A DNA stretch of 64,000 nucleotides from Selaginella moellendorffii. Taxonomy: Eukaryota > Plantae > Lycopodiophyta. Of this stretch, positions 32,729 through 45,663 are shown in pieces. The position numbers and the translations under genes are program-made. Every line of letters starts with the position of its first letter. Position 1 is the stretch's first letter. The notes under the pieces were generated by a model. That model was not told where the DNA came from. It searched no databases and was given only the letters and a program-made list of their open reading frames with translations. Where the stretch lies: contig NW_003314282.1 of NCBI RefSeq assembly GCF_000143415.4, positions 1,755,374-1,819,373 of the forward strand, written 5' to 3'.

Positions 32729-35378
32729 ATGTCCGTGGAGGTGATTGATTCCTCCTCGCAGCAGCAGCAATCGTCGAGCAAAATGGTGGAGGGATCGACC
32801 AAGCAAGTCGCCATGAGTCCCAAGCATCACGCACTACTCCTCGAAGGTGGGAGAAAACGCGAAAGAGAATCCAATGCTCACGTACCTTCGCCCAAAATCG
32901 TGTTTTGGGTGGTGATTGATTGGCAGGAGGAAGAACACGAGAGGAGCTGATTGGAATCCATAGCCGCCACGCATCAGAATCTCTCCTCCTCAAAGGTATA
33001 GAAAACTCTACTCTCTCTCTTTTCTTCTCGATCTACGGGTGTGAGAGATCTTCCAAATTTTTCTCTAGGCACCTCTCCAGTAGCGCTCGAGAGCAATGGC
33101 TATGGATGGTCGACGCCAAAGCCCGACGCAGCTCTGCTCAAGGTGATGAAGCTCCAGGCCAGCGGCGGTGGGGGCAAGAAGAATGGCGGAAGAACAGCGG
33201 CGCAGCCGGGGTCGCAGGAGAACCGGATCACCACCGACGAGGAATCCGCGGACTACGACAGCAGCCTGGAGAACACATCCAGCGTCTCCAGCTTTGATTT
33301 TAACAGCCGAGGAGATCCACAGCAGCGCTCCGGCGGTGGCGGCGCCACCACTACCGCGCGATCGATGTTGAAGCCAGCTCCCTCGAAGTGGGACGACGCC
33401 GAGAAGTGGCTCGTCTCGTCAGATGGAGCGGCGATCAAGAGCAGGATGATGGCAGCGCCCAAGATGCAGCAACTGCTGTCCTCGATCCCCAATCACGTCA
33501 TTATCAATGCGAGCAAGAAGGCCGCGCTGCTCGGGCAGCCACCGCGCGGTACCGCCGGTGCCGCCGGCGGTATGATGCCACCGCCGGACGATAAGAAGAT
33601 CGATGGCCCCGCGGCGTACAAGTTCTCTTTCATGCCCAGCCCCGGCGGAGGAGGAGGAGGACCTGTGAAGACGCGATCGATGAGCTCGCTCGATCGCTAC
33701 CCGCTGGAGGAGCTCCACGAGCTGGCTTGCGACGATGCCAAGCTCAAGCTGGTGACCAACTTGGCCCAGGACGCGATCGACGACGCCGTGGACGATGATC
33801 TCTCGAAGCCGGCCCTCCGGACCGAGAAGCCCACCTCGGACTTCTCAGGTAAGATCACTCTCTTCTTTCCTTCGAAACTTTCATAGTTCTCCAGCTTTCC
33901 AACTTAGTTTTCCAGCTCTAGCTCTTTAGAACTCTTCGAGTGCTTCTTTTCCAGCTTAGTTTCTTAGTTTTTCCAGCTCTAGCTCTCCTTTCCAACTTAG
34001 TTTTCTAGTTTTCCAGCTTTGAAAGAACTTAGAACTCTTCGAGCACTTCTTCCTTGGTCCTTTCCAACTTAGTTTCTTAGTTTTCCAGCTCTAGACTTAG
34101 TTTCTTCTTAGTTTTTCCAGCTTTGAACGAACTGAGAACTCCCATCCAGCTTTAGAACTCTTCTTACTTGGCATTTCTAACGTGGAGATCTTTGAAACTT
34201 TAGATCATCCGGGCGCCAAGGGCGAGCACCAGAGCCCCGGGGGTAACGGAGGCGGCGGCGGCGGCGTAGCAAACCCCGCTACGTCGTACGTAGCGCCGCC
34301 GGGGCTGAGGTCGGTGTCGATGCGCGACATGGGGACTGAGATGACGCCCATTGCGAGCCAGGAGCCGTCGAGAACGGGCACCCCGATAAGAGCCACCACC
34401 CCGACCATTCGGAGCCCGGTATCCTCTCGGCCCTCCACGCCCGGGCGGATCACAGCCACCATTGACGACGATGGTGGTGGTGGTGGCGGCGGCGAAGGTG
34501 GCGGTGGAGTAGCGGCGGCGGGGATTAGCAGCGGCAGCCAGACGCCCGGGATGAGCGAGCACCTGGTGCTGTCGGAGAAGCACAAGACGAGGCAGGAGAT
34601 TCGAGCGCTGGGAGCGCAGCTGGGCAAGGCAAACATCGCTGCCTGGGCGTCGCGCGAGGAGGAGGAGGAGGATGCTTCCAAGTGCCTCAAGAACATCGAT
34701 CTGGAGGAGGTGAAGAGGAATGTGCTCGAGACGAGGGCGGCGGCGTGGGAGGAAGCGGAGAAGGCCAAGTACGAGGCAAGGTAGACAACCATCGCTAACT
34801 TTGATTTTCATTGTCCGCCACCTTTCTTTGTTTTTGGTTTCTTGCAGGTATAAGAGGGAGGAGTCCAAGATCGTGGCGTGGGAGAACCACGAGAAGGCCA
34901 AAGCCGAGGCCGAGATGCGTCGAATCGAGGTAAGATCTTCTTCCTTCCTCTGAGAAAATGCTTGCTTGTTTCAAGGCGACGAGAGCTACGGTTTCTTTTC
35001 TTTCTTTTTTTTTCTCCTCTTGACTGGTCGTACGTAGCTAGCAAGTGCTCAAGTTTCTAGGAGTTGTTCTTCGTCTCTCTCTTTCATCGTCGAATCTTTT
35101 CTGCCTGAGTAGCGCAGAGTGGTTTAATTGATCTGATTCTTTCTCTCCAGGTGAAAGTGGAGCGAATGCGATCGCACTCTCACGAGCAGCTCATGAACAA
35201 GCTGGCGATTGCGCGGCGGAGGGCCGAGGATCTGCGAGCCGCGGCCGAGTCCCGGCGAGTAGAACAGGCCGCCAAGACGGCTCAAAGAGCCGACTACATC
35301 CGGCAAACCGGGAACATGCCGGAGGCGACTTCTTCGCCTCTCTCGGCGTTTCTTCGCATCGGGCGATGGTGTTGCTGA
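32729..35378 (+). CDS. Remorin (long, group 6-like)
   Basis: PSKWDDAEKWL, SVSMRDMGTEMTPIASQEPSRTGTPIRATTP, ALGAQLGKANIAAWAS, RAAAWEEAEKAKY..RYKREESKIVAWENHEKAKAEAEMRRIE. Ends in WCC. Confidence 0.92.
33880..34165 (+). repeat. Degenerate minisatellite filling a remorin intron
   Basis: Reiterated ttttccagct, aacttagttt and ttagaactcttc modules. Confidence 0.8.
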
Positions 35379-35384
35379 TACAAA

Positions 35385-35410
35385 AGAGAGAGAGAGAGAG
35401 AGAGAGAGAG
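35385..35410 (+). repeat. (AG)n microsatellite in remorin 3' UTR
   Basis: Direct read. Confidence 0.9.
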
Positions 35411-37082
35411 TGAGAACCAAATGATCATGAAACAAAGAGGCAAGATCAGTCAATCCATCCAATCGAGACGCGTGAGACTCGAAAGAGAGAGGGAGGACAA
35501 GAAAACAAATTGAAAAGCTCGAGAGTTTAAACCGAGGTGTGATTGATGTAACTGGAGTCAGTCAGCTCTCATCGTATACCTTAATCGCAGCCGTGTTTCA
35601 AGTGAATCTAGCAGGGACAGCACATGGAATTGCGGAGCTGGGCGTTCAAACTCACGAGAAAACTAGTGTTTCCTCCGCTCCCGTGAAAGTTACAGCAGCA
35701 CCGCAGCTGGGTAGTAGTGTTCCTCCACATGACGGTATATGTATTTTAAAGCTGCTGGAGGAGATTAAATAAAAAAACACCACTAGTCAGCTCCAGATTT
35801 TCATTCATGAACTCGCATACCTGGCTCTCCGAGTTATAGCACTTTTGGAGGATTGGAGCTTGGAACTTCACATATTTCAAAGTCTTCTCCTGGGGACTTG
35901 TTCCTCCACAGCGTCAGATCAGAGCCATGGGAAGTAAGGAAGTTATCTTATCTGTGCGGACTGGTCTCCCTGAGTACTAACTTCCAAGTGTGCTACGTCA
36001 CAAGGACCAGCTAGCGCTGGGGACTGATTCGTTTTGGTGCTCGAGAGAACAGCAGCAGCAGCGGCAGCAGCGCCACGACAGGGGTCGTCGTCTCGTCTCT
36101 CACAGGCCGATGACGAACGAAGTATAGGGGTGCTCCTTCCGCCAATGGAGTGTAGACCGTACTTTAAAACAACTTCGAAGTCGAGCCCCGGAGCGAAATT
36201 TGCCGCTCTTTTGACCGCGTCTAGAAGCTGTTGTTGTCGTTGTTGAAAGCAAGCTGTAAGAGGGATGTTAAGACGTCGAAAGAAGGAAGGAAATGAAATG
36301 GACTGGTAGCTACGTTACCGCATAGCATTCAAGCTGGAGTGACCATTCACGTTCAGGATAAGACACCTGAAGAACAAAAGAGACACAGTGGTGTGTAGCA
36401 TGAGGAAAGAAGAAGAAAAATCAAGCTCAAGTGTTACCATAAATAAGAGACCACTTTGTTAAGAAAGAATCTGCCAAACTCTCCACTGTTTAAACGAACA
36501 AGCTTTTACGTTACCTCTGGCAATTGGACCGTCTGCCGGGATATAAACTTTAGAATAATGAAACCTGCTTGCTTGCTGCATGCATGCCAGTAACTGAAAT
36601 CACAGTGATCAGTCCTCACAAACTCTAACAGCCAATCTTTTTCTTTGATAATCCTTGCCAGTTCGAACGAACGAGGACGAAGCTTTACACTGCACCCTGT
36701 AGTTGAGATATCGGACTTGAATCTAGCAATTGCACGCGAGTCTCTTTTATCAAGAAAAGAAAATTTTCCTTTGCATTCTCATACCTTGCTCGAGCTCTTA
36801 TAGAGGGACCTGGAACTACGAAGTTCACATATCTCAAAGCCTGCTGGCTGCAACAGTGTCTTGTCCACCAGCGTTGTCAGGTACATGTCTTTGGGCAGGG
36901 AACTAGCCTTGTGTGGACTGCTCCTTCCTGTCTACTAGCTGCCAAACGTACGTCCACGGGCCAGCTGTGACTGCTTCGTTTGGTGGTGAAAAAGCTGTGG
37001 TGAAAGCAGCAGCGGTAGCAAGCTCCACAGCAGTGACGACGAAGAAAGAACGACGAGGAATAAGAGTCCGTCCTTTGCCTTT

Positions 37083-38773
37083 CTAGGAAGCAAAGATTGC
37101 CTTCAGAGCGTCCCCAATGTAGCGGTACTTAAACTTGAAACCGAGCTCTTGAGCTCTCTTTGGTACCACTCTTTGACCGTCGAGAACCTGTTGTTGTCAT
37201 TGAAAAGGTGAATCTTTAGGGAGAGATAGATTCTACTTACCGCACTCGCACCCTCTCCAAGTACTGCTTTGAGAGCAATCTCAGGAACAGGGAGCCATGA
37301 CGGACGTCCCAAGACTCTTCCCAGAGTGTCACAAATCTCGGCCATTCGGACTGGATTCGGGGCTGTCCCATTGATTACACCTGACCAAACCACACCAAAC
37401 GGCGTTACATTCCGCAAGAACTTCCAAGTTACGGCTGTAAGAACTTTGCCGAGCAATCTACTGTACGAAGGTACACCACAAAGCAGCCGAATAGAAAACG
37501 ATGAAACTGGTTATTTACCTTTGTAGGTTGGATTCGTTAGCGCTTCAATTATCAGTGACACCAAATCCTCGCGATGCACCCACGAGAACCTGGCAGCGAT
37601 TTCTCCACATTTAGAAGAACAAATTCAGGAGAGAAATCTCACCATTGTTTTCCAGAGCCTATAGGACCGCCAGCAAAAACTTTGAATAATGGGACCATGC
37701 TTGCTGCGTGCCAATAACAGAATCAGGCAACAATAACTAAGGAACAGCCATTTTCAAATATTATACGTGCCTAGAGCGCCACCCTCCTTGTCGAGTACAA
37801 TGCCAATGCGAAGGAGGACAAGCTTTACACTGCCATCAACATTGCTTGCGGCAGCTTCCCATTCCCGGCAAACCTGACAAACACACGGCAGCAGAGAAAA
37901 TAAGTATGAAACAATGATTAAATTACGTATACGTACTTCGGCGAGATAATCATTTCCCGAAGGACTCGTTTCGTCATACGTAGATGTCTCGCTTGCTCCG
38001 TAGAATCCCACGGCGGAAGCACTCACTAAAACCTTGGGACGTAGTTCTTTTGGAGTAGTGTTGATGGTTTCAACAAGCTGAAAGAAAGCGTGTCTTGTTT
38101 GAAGAAGAAAACGAGGAAGTACCTTTGTGGTGAGACTTATCCTGCTTCGTTTGATCTCGTCTTTCACCTGTAACCTTTTGAGCAAATGTGGATACAGAAA
38201 GGCTAGAGAGAAACGAACCTCCGATGTCCAGCGAGTGCTGATAGGTGTCCCAGTAAGATTGACAACTCCAGTCGATCCTGGAATGCATTTCTCCAGATCA
38301 CGCTCTAAGGATACCTCAACGGTCGGATAGTCCCTTGCCGGGAAAAGATCAGCTGCCTTCGAAATGGAACGCGTAAGAACTCGGACTTTGTGTCCATCTG
38401 GAAAAACCAAGGAAAACATTATCTTCAAGGACATGTCTTCATAAAATACAACAGACCCGAAGCTAGCCTGTGTACCAATCTTCTTCCAATAAATCCCGTG
38501 GCACCTGTTATGGAGACAACCATCGTCTAGTATAGACAAACGAAGAAAATGTTTACACGCTTTACGACTAGACAAGTAGAAGTACCTCAGGTGACTCTGA
38601 CCGGCACGAAATGCAGAGCTTAACTCCATGCCTCTGATGAATCGAAAGTTAGAAGCAATGCAGAAAGGATAAAGAGAGTTGCTTACCTTGAGGACAATCC
38701 CCCGTGGGCTGGGAATTGTCCAGCTCGAGCGAACAAAACTGGAAGGGAAACGAACCAAACTGGCACCCTCCAT
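37083..38773 (-). CDS. GC1: Chloroplast NAD-dependent epimerase SDR39U1/SulA homologue (GIANT CHLOROPLAST 1-like)
   Basis: [98 protein letters not shown]. Confidence 0.9.
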
Positions 38774-39278
38774 CGGTTCTCCTCCACTTCCACCCACAAA
38801 ATCTTAGTCCGAGAGCCCTATGGTGGAGATATAGCCAAGTGTGCGTTGACCGTTGGATCAAATCATCTTCCGCGTGAGAATGAGCGAGCAGCAGCGGCAA
38901 GGAATGGCAGCCCTCCGGCGTTCCAACGCCGCTCTCAGGCTGCTCCTGCGCTTGCAATCGGCAGCCCTGCCAGGCATTCTTCTCGACGACCCAAATCATT
39001 CCATCTCTTTCTTGGATCTGATCGATTTTCACGTTGCTTGCAGCGGAGGCGAGCAACCACCATCGTCCGAGGCGAGAGGCACCACCAGCTCGGGTAGTTT
39101 CCAGTTTCTTGCTTCTTCTAGACTAGCTTCGCTTCGCTTGATTCTTGCAGAGCCACGATTCTGCAGCCACTGCTGAGGGGGATCCACGACGAACTTTGGT
39201 GGCGGATTGCTGCCGCATGCTGCTGTTCCTGGTGACAGTCGCGGCGATCGGCTTCATTCTCCTGAGAACTTCTTCGTG

Positions 39279-40613
39279 CTATTTGGGATGAGTTTTTGTA
39301 CTCTCCTTCCCAGAAACAAATGCTGCGCTGCATGTAATCAAAACTGCTCCAATTGCACCCTGCAACGATGGTCTCTCTCCAAGGAAAACCACCCCGAGAA
39401 CGTAGCTACACACAACCTGCGTGGAATCAGAAAGAATTATACGCAGCTCAGGCTGATTGGATGTTGTGATTTACCTTGACGTATTGCATTGATGTTGCTT
39501 TGGCTGCTTTCTCTAGCTGCAAGCCTCTGGTTAAGAATATCTGGCAAACCATACTCGTAAGAACGCAAAAATAGAGCAGCGTATCTTACTTGAGCCGCAT
39601 AAGCCGAGAGGCCAACCCCACAAAGCTCCAGAGTCTCTATGACGCCGGGAAGTTTCCATCCCTGCACGATTTCGTCAATTGCTTGCTAAAAGTATGACAT
39701 GTTTCTTACCTGGAAGAGCATGGCAAACAAAGCCATTGGAGCTGAAAAGGCAGCAAACGCAAAAACGCAAACACTGCAGCTAAAAGTTTAGCACTTGCCT
39801 TGCACGGGAAAAACCATCACCTACGCTGGAGGCTCGCCGTGTTTTCCAACCATGCGAATGATAATATATGACAGCGCACCCATCGAGGCTCCAACCATTG
39901 CCATAGCTACTCCCAAGCATGCATCTGTAAAAACAATTCTGTGACTTCATTAAACATTTCAAGACTCGATTCACCGACCTGTGACGAGATTTTGTGGCTG
40001 TATGACGAGCAGGACACCTAAAAAGCTGAAAAGCGTCCCTGCGTTGCCGGTCAAGTTGAAAGAAAAACAACGAGAGAAAAAGGCGTGCACTTTAGTACCT
40101 GTGATATCGTAGATTCCCCAGCTTTCATGCAGCAAAAATGTTGCTAGAATCGCCGTGAATACAGGCATGGTGAAGTTGAGAATGGTAGCGTCTCGCAGTG
40201 GAAGCACCTGTATGCTTTAGAATTTTTTTCACGCTATTTTTTCTTCCAAAAGGTCTTTCTTACCTGTAGAAATATGTAGAAAGCGCAACAAAGCCAACGA
40301 TGGCACGACTGATCACCAGCTGCCTCGCTGCGGCCGATCCCAGCAGCGGATATTTCATGCGGCGGAGCTCCAGACCCGATAGCAGCGCCACGATTCCACA
40401 GCGAGCGGCCACAATTTGCGAGGATGGGAAGGATTTTACTGCGAAATCTCGAAATATCAGGACGATCATCGATCGCTTCACTCACTCACCGGCAAGGATC
40501 TTGACAAGCAGTCCCATGACGCTGTAGGCGGCCGAAGAAATCATCATCGAGGAGACGCCGGATCGATGGCTCCAGCGTCCGCCTTGCCCCATTTCGATGT
40601 CTTCCTCCTCCAT
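39279..40613 (-). CDS. EamA/DMT-family (SLC35G-like) transporter
   Basis: AYSVMGLLVKIL, LPLRDATILNFTMPVFTAILA.FLLHESW, ARES..NINA, VLGVVFLGERPSLQGAIGAVLI. Multiple TM segments. Confidence 0.85.
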
Positions 40614-40723
40614 AGCTAGCGCTAGGGCTCTAGCGAATATTCTTTTACCGTTTGTAAACAGCTCTAATGATACTTTTTTAAATAGAGAATATTCTCGTGG
40701 TTTAGGGTTAGGGTGAACATTCC

Positions 40724-43512
40724 ATGGCGGGCCAGATGCGATGTTGGGAGCTTCCCGATCAGTTCGTCTTCCAGCCCCATTCCGGGCTCCTCCAGATCCT
40801 CTCGATCGATCGCGCCACTGGCAATGCGTCGCTGATTCGTAAGATTCGAGTGATTCTTCTCGAAATTTCTCGCGTTTTGTTTTCTTCCAGAGGAGCTGCC
40901 GGCTGCTGCTAGCGGGGGACAGATCCATTCCTCCACTGTCTACGGTGTTCTTGGAGCTGTGAAATTGCTCACTGGTAAATCTTTCTCTAGTGTTGTCAGT
41001 CTCTCGTTTGTTTATGTTTACTTCTTCCAGGAACTTATGTCCTGGTGGTCACCGAAAGGGAATGCGCTGGATCTTATTCCAATTCTCCTTTGTTTAAAGT
41101 CAAGTCGATGCGATTTTTACAATGCGAGCACACTCGACACTTAAGTCCAAGCAAGGTAAAGTGAAAAACTAAAGTTTGTAAAAATGTTACTCCCTTTTCC
41201 TTGTTCATTCAGATAATCGAGGAGGCATATTTGCGTGGGCTTCTCAAACACATCGAACAGACGCCTGGGCTCTACTTCTCGTATGAGACCGATCTCACAA
41301 ACAAGTATGCGAGTTTTTCCTTTTTGTGTTTTTCCTATTCTCTTATACCTCCCAAAAGTGCACAGCGAACACACTTGCTAACAAACGATCATGAAAATCA
41401 ACCACTTTGGAAACAGGTTTCTTTCTCGGTTGATATTCTCAGGGCTCTCTAAAGCATTATAACTTTGCAGGCTGACCCACAGTTCGTATGGAATGATCAC
41501 TTGAAGGATTACTTGCTGGAATCAAAGGTACTTTGTTTCTTACTCGCAACTTTTGTGTACTACTGACTAGATATAAGCAGGCAGAGGGGTTTATTTTGCC
41601 GGTTATTCAAGGAAATATCCACCACTGTTGTGCAAGCTTTGCTACTTTTCTTCTTTCCTTAACTTGCTAATACGCTTTCAAAGCGTCCAGGTTTTACTGG
41701 CAGAACAGTTGTTGCAAATAACGTTGATTTCGAGGAGATCCATTCGCCGATCTGGTACTTCACTTTGTGCATTTGTTGTCTCCAGGATTTCTAGCTCTTA
41801 TTTTACTTTGCTAGGGACACGAATGTGGCGCAGGGGAGCGGATCCCGAAGGTTCGGTTGCAAACTTTGTGGAAACGGAACAAATCTTGGAAGCTGGAGGA
41901 TACTTTGCTTCTTATGTTCAGGTAATTTCTATAGTTGCTTCTGTATGATAAGCCTGTCAAGTGTTACGACATTGTAGGTTCGAGGATCAATCCCTGTGTT
42001 TTGGGAGCAGATAGTGGATCTAAGATATAAACCCCAAATCAGATCTATAAACCACGAAGATACGGTACGATCAATCGTTGTTCATTTTATCTCCTTGTCT
42101 CTAAAGTTTCCTCTTTTTTATTGTCCTGCCAGTCTGCAGTGGTAGAACGACACTTCAGCGATCTCTCCGATCGATATGGATCCGTTTTAGCTGTCGATCT
42201 CATTAATCAGGTTCTTATTCTCCACCGACTTTACAACCGTGTGACTTTTCCCTTCTGGGATCTGCAGCAAGGCAGCGAGGGAGTTCTAAGCATAGCTTAT
42301 CGAAACGCGATGCAACACTTGAAAAATAATAACGTGACGTACGTCGGTATGTATAGTTTGGCACGACCGCTACTAAAAAACGATTCACAGCTACGTACCT
42401 TTCGATTTTCATCACATCTGTGGAAACATACGCTTTGACCGCTTGTCGGTCCTGCATGATCAAATTGCCGAGAATCTTATGCAGCAAAGGTAATCCTACC
42501 GCTTCCCATGTATTCTTATGTTAAATGCCATTCCAGGTTTTTCTTGGTGAATCCTATGAAAGAAAAGACCGAAGAACAGAAAGGGATCGTAAGAACCAAC
42601 TGCATTGATTGTCTCGATCGGACAAACGTTACTCAGGTGCCGTCAATTTGATTTTGTGCTTTGATCAGTAATAGGCTTGCCTTGCAGAGCTTGCTGGGAA
42701 GGAAAGCACTCGAGGAACAGCTCCGACGCTTGGGATTATTTCAAGCGTCGGAAACAATTGACAAGCACTACGTATTTGACTCGCAGTTCAATATATGTAC
42801 GTGATAATCATCGCCTCCGCAGATTTCTAACACCACCTTGTTCAGTGTGGGCCAACCATGGAGACGAGATAAGTTACCAATACGCTGGAACTCCAGCTCT
42901 CAAGGGCGACTTTGTAAGGTGCTACATACTAGTCACAACGCATAATAGTTTGATTTTTATTTTCTTTTTCTTGTAGATATGGAAAACGCACCATAGCTGG
43001 ATTGATACAGGATGGGATCAGTGCTATCAGTCGTTACTACTTAAACAACTTCCATGATGGCCGCCGTCAGGTAACCAGTGAATGAATTCGCACTCCATAT
43101 CCTCCAACTCTTTGTGACTCCAGGATGCAATGGATCTCGTAACAGGGCGCTACAAAGCCAGCGATAGCAGCTCGCCACATCGATCAGTGATTGCCGGGAT
43201 AGCTACAGTAAGTGTTGTAGCAACTCAATCTGATCTATCTGTTTGTCTTTGATTTTCAGTACATGCCGCTGATTGCAGCAGTGATAGTAGCCTCCATTTG
43301 TGCCACAGCCATGTCTTTGTGGAATGGTAAGGAAGATCTCCAGTTTTTCCATCTCGAGAGTGACTTACTATTTGCATTGAATAGTCTCTCGAGGCGATGG
43401 CCGTGTGATGTTCACGATGCTTTGGGCGAGTGTGACTGCAGTTCTGGGCATGGTAGTCCGAACCAATGGCCAGCAGTTGTGCTGCACACCACGTTTGAGA
43501 GGATTGAAATAG
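40724..43512 (+). CDS. SAC1-type phosphoinositide phosphatase (SAC6/7/8-like)
   Basis: YFSYETDLT, GTRMWRRGADPEGSVANFVETEQI, QVRGSIPVFWEQ, catalytic RTNCIDCLDRTNVTQ, QYAGTPALKGDF, two C-terminal TM segments. Confidence 0.93.
41615..41673 (+). other. U12-type AT-AC intron
   Basis: Begins ATATCC, has branch site TTCCTTAAC (41655-41663) and ends AC. Removal restores PVIQG-S-FQ in frame. Confidence 0.85.
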
Positions 43513-44418
43513 TCTTTTAATTACATTTTCTGTAATGTAAACTTTTGAAATGGTAAAGTAGCTGGTAGGTTTAGTTAGTTTTAATCTTATTTTCTTAGTA
43601 AAATTTAAAAACAAACGCTGTTTTGATTGTCATACTTTTGTTACACTAAAAATTAATTTGGAATAGTATCAAAACAATAAATATTATATTCCACTTTAAA
43701 AGAAGAATTGAGGAAGTAACTATAAATATGTGTTTCTTAAAAAGAAATTATAAAATACCAAGTGACACAACAAATGTTCATTGCAAAAGGTTAACTGTCA
43801 ATACCAGTTAGAACATTGCATATGACATCACAACACCCTTTTATCTCCCACTTCAGGTAATTGGCAACCTCCCGTTCCCATGTGTTAAGAACAAACATCA
43901 ACATGATTATTCTCTAAAATGTGGTAACCTTTTGGTAGTTGCCTCTATCAGATGGTTGTCATTGGCTGGATTTGACAACCCAAAAAATTTGGCAACTCCT
44001 TTTTTATTATTATAAATTGACTTTGGTTTAAACATATTTTAAGCTTCTCCTCTTCTGTGGCTTTGAGGGCAGGCTTAGTGTGGCCTATGGGCAGTGCCTT
44101 AAGCATTAGTGCTGGCCATGGCTAAGCTAAGGGTAAGCTGGGTGCACCTCCTGACCATGGCTGCTAAGGGCTAGGCTGGCAGGTATTTGTCATAGCCATG
44201 CTACAAGAGGAATCTTGTGCCTAGGAGCATGGTTTAAATTCCAGTGTTGGTGGATAATTTAAAAAGTTTGCCACATGAATATAGTGAGAATGTTTTCTGT
44301 TTTAATTTTCTTACATTCCAAGGCCATGGCAACGCCATACCCATTATCAAAGTTCATCTCCACTTCTTTAGTGTTGTAAATACCAAAACTCCCATACCAA
44401 AGGAACTCTATGGTTACA

Positions 44419-44429
44419 ATATATATATG

Positions 44430-44511
<82 letters not shown>
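44419..44511. repeat. (TA)n microsatellite, about 90 bp
   Basis: Direct read. Confidence 0.97.
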
Positions 44512-44514
<3 letters not shown>

Positions 44515-44799
44515 AAAACGATAGCAAACCAATCATGTTGTGCTAATGTGGAGCTCAAAATTTTCCTATGTTTTATTATGACTAAGAGAAACAAAACAAA
44601 TCATGCTTAAATGTATTTTACCTGATGAGACTTTAAAATAAATGCCAATGAATTTGTTGTAATTAAGTATATTTATATGAATATTATGTTGAAAAATAAA
44701 TTAAAAACAAAAAAAAAATTATAAACTGGTTTTAATCTAATTTCTTTATCACAAATTATTATTTAAGAAATAAGGAAGCTAATTTCTTTAGAAATATTA

Positions 44800-45663
44800 A
44801 TGAATATTTTATTTTTTATTTTTATACTTTTTAGTAATAATAATAATAATACATGTTCTGGAGTAAATTATTTATATCAAAGACAACAAAACGCACTATT
44901 ACTTCATCAAAGGATTGAAGTGATGGGTTTAACTCTTGGGTTAATAAGAACTTTAGGATTTCATACAATATATAATTCAGGTACAACAATTACTGGAGCA
45001 AGTATAATAAGTGGAGGAAGAAGAATCACTGTAAGGCTATGGTTTGCAAGAGCAAGAACTTGTGAGCTTAATCCTACAGGACTTCAAATTGAAGGACATG
45101 TATTACAAAACTTTTTAATGATTATATTCAATGTGATTGTTGATAATGTAAGGATTAATGGGTATGGAAGTTTGTTTGCAACATATGGAAATTTTGGTAT
45201 TGATTATTTCATGAATGCATTTGGTTCTTCATCATTTATATTAGTAGAAATAAATAAAATTCTATATATTAATGATTGTGACTTTAGAGTGAATAACCTT
45301 ATTAGTGGACCAATAGGTCCAGAGTCAATTTTATTACCTTATAAATCAATTTATTCTTCTAATAATAAATTTCTATTTACATTTTCAAGTAAGTGTCAAT
45401 TGCAACTTAAAGATGAATACTATAATATTATCTGGACAAGCATTAGTTATTGCCTTAATGAAGATGGATATTTTCTTTCTTTACAAGTTGATGGGAATTT
45501 ACTAATACAACACATCTTTCATAAATCAATTTTATGGGCATTAAATCTTTATTGTCAACCACAACCAAATTGTGTTCTTTCATCTGCTCTAGTTGTAAGA
45601 AACGATGGGAAACTTGTTCTCTATAGAACAGATACACAAGAAATTGTATGGATAAAACCATAA
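44800..45663 (+). CDS. Putative secreted protein: unknown N-terminal domain + bulb-type (B) lectin domain
   Basis: Hydrophobic N-terminus. C-terminal SIYSSNNKFLFTF..CQLQL..IIWTS, LSLQVDGNLLI, LVVRNDGKLVLY..IVW are typical of B-lectin. Intronless and very AT-rich. Confidence 0.7.
   Translation: MNILFFIFILFSNNNNNTCSGVNYLYQRQQNALLLHQRIEVMGLTLGLIRTLGFHTIYNSGTTITGASIISGGRRITVRLWFARARTCELNPTGLQIEGHVLQNFLMIIFNVIVDNVRINGYGSLFATYGNFGIDYFMNAFGSSSFILVEINKILYINDCDFRVNNLISGPIGPESILLPYKSIYSSNNKFLFTFSSKCQLQLKDEYYNIIWTSISYCLNEDGYFLSLQVDGNLLIQHIFHKSILWALNLYCQPQPNCVLSSALVVRNDGKLVLYRTDTQEIVWIKP

Noticed and set aside
37704-37770. Possible GC-AG intron in GC1
   Set aside because: An alternative GT-AG pair shifted by 4 nt also keeps the frame; it cannot be resolved without transcripts.
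38780-39257. Possible extra gene or N-terminal extension between the EamA gene and GC1
   Set aside because: The minus frame is interrupted by a TAG and has no recognisable domain; GC1 has a plausible transit peptide from 38773.
44244-44610. ORFs with YIYIYI runs
   Set aside because: Translations of the (TA)n microsatellite.
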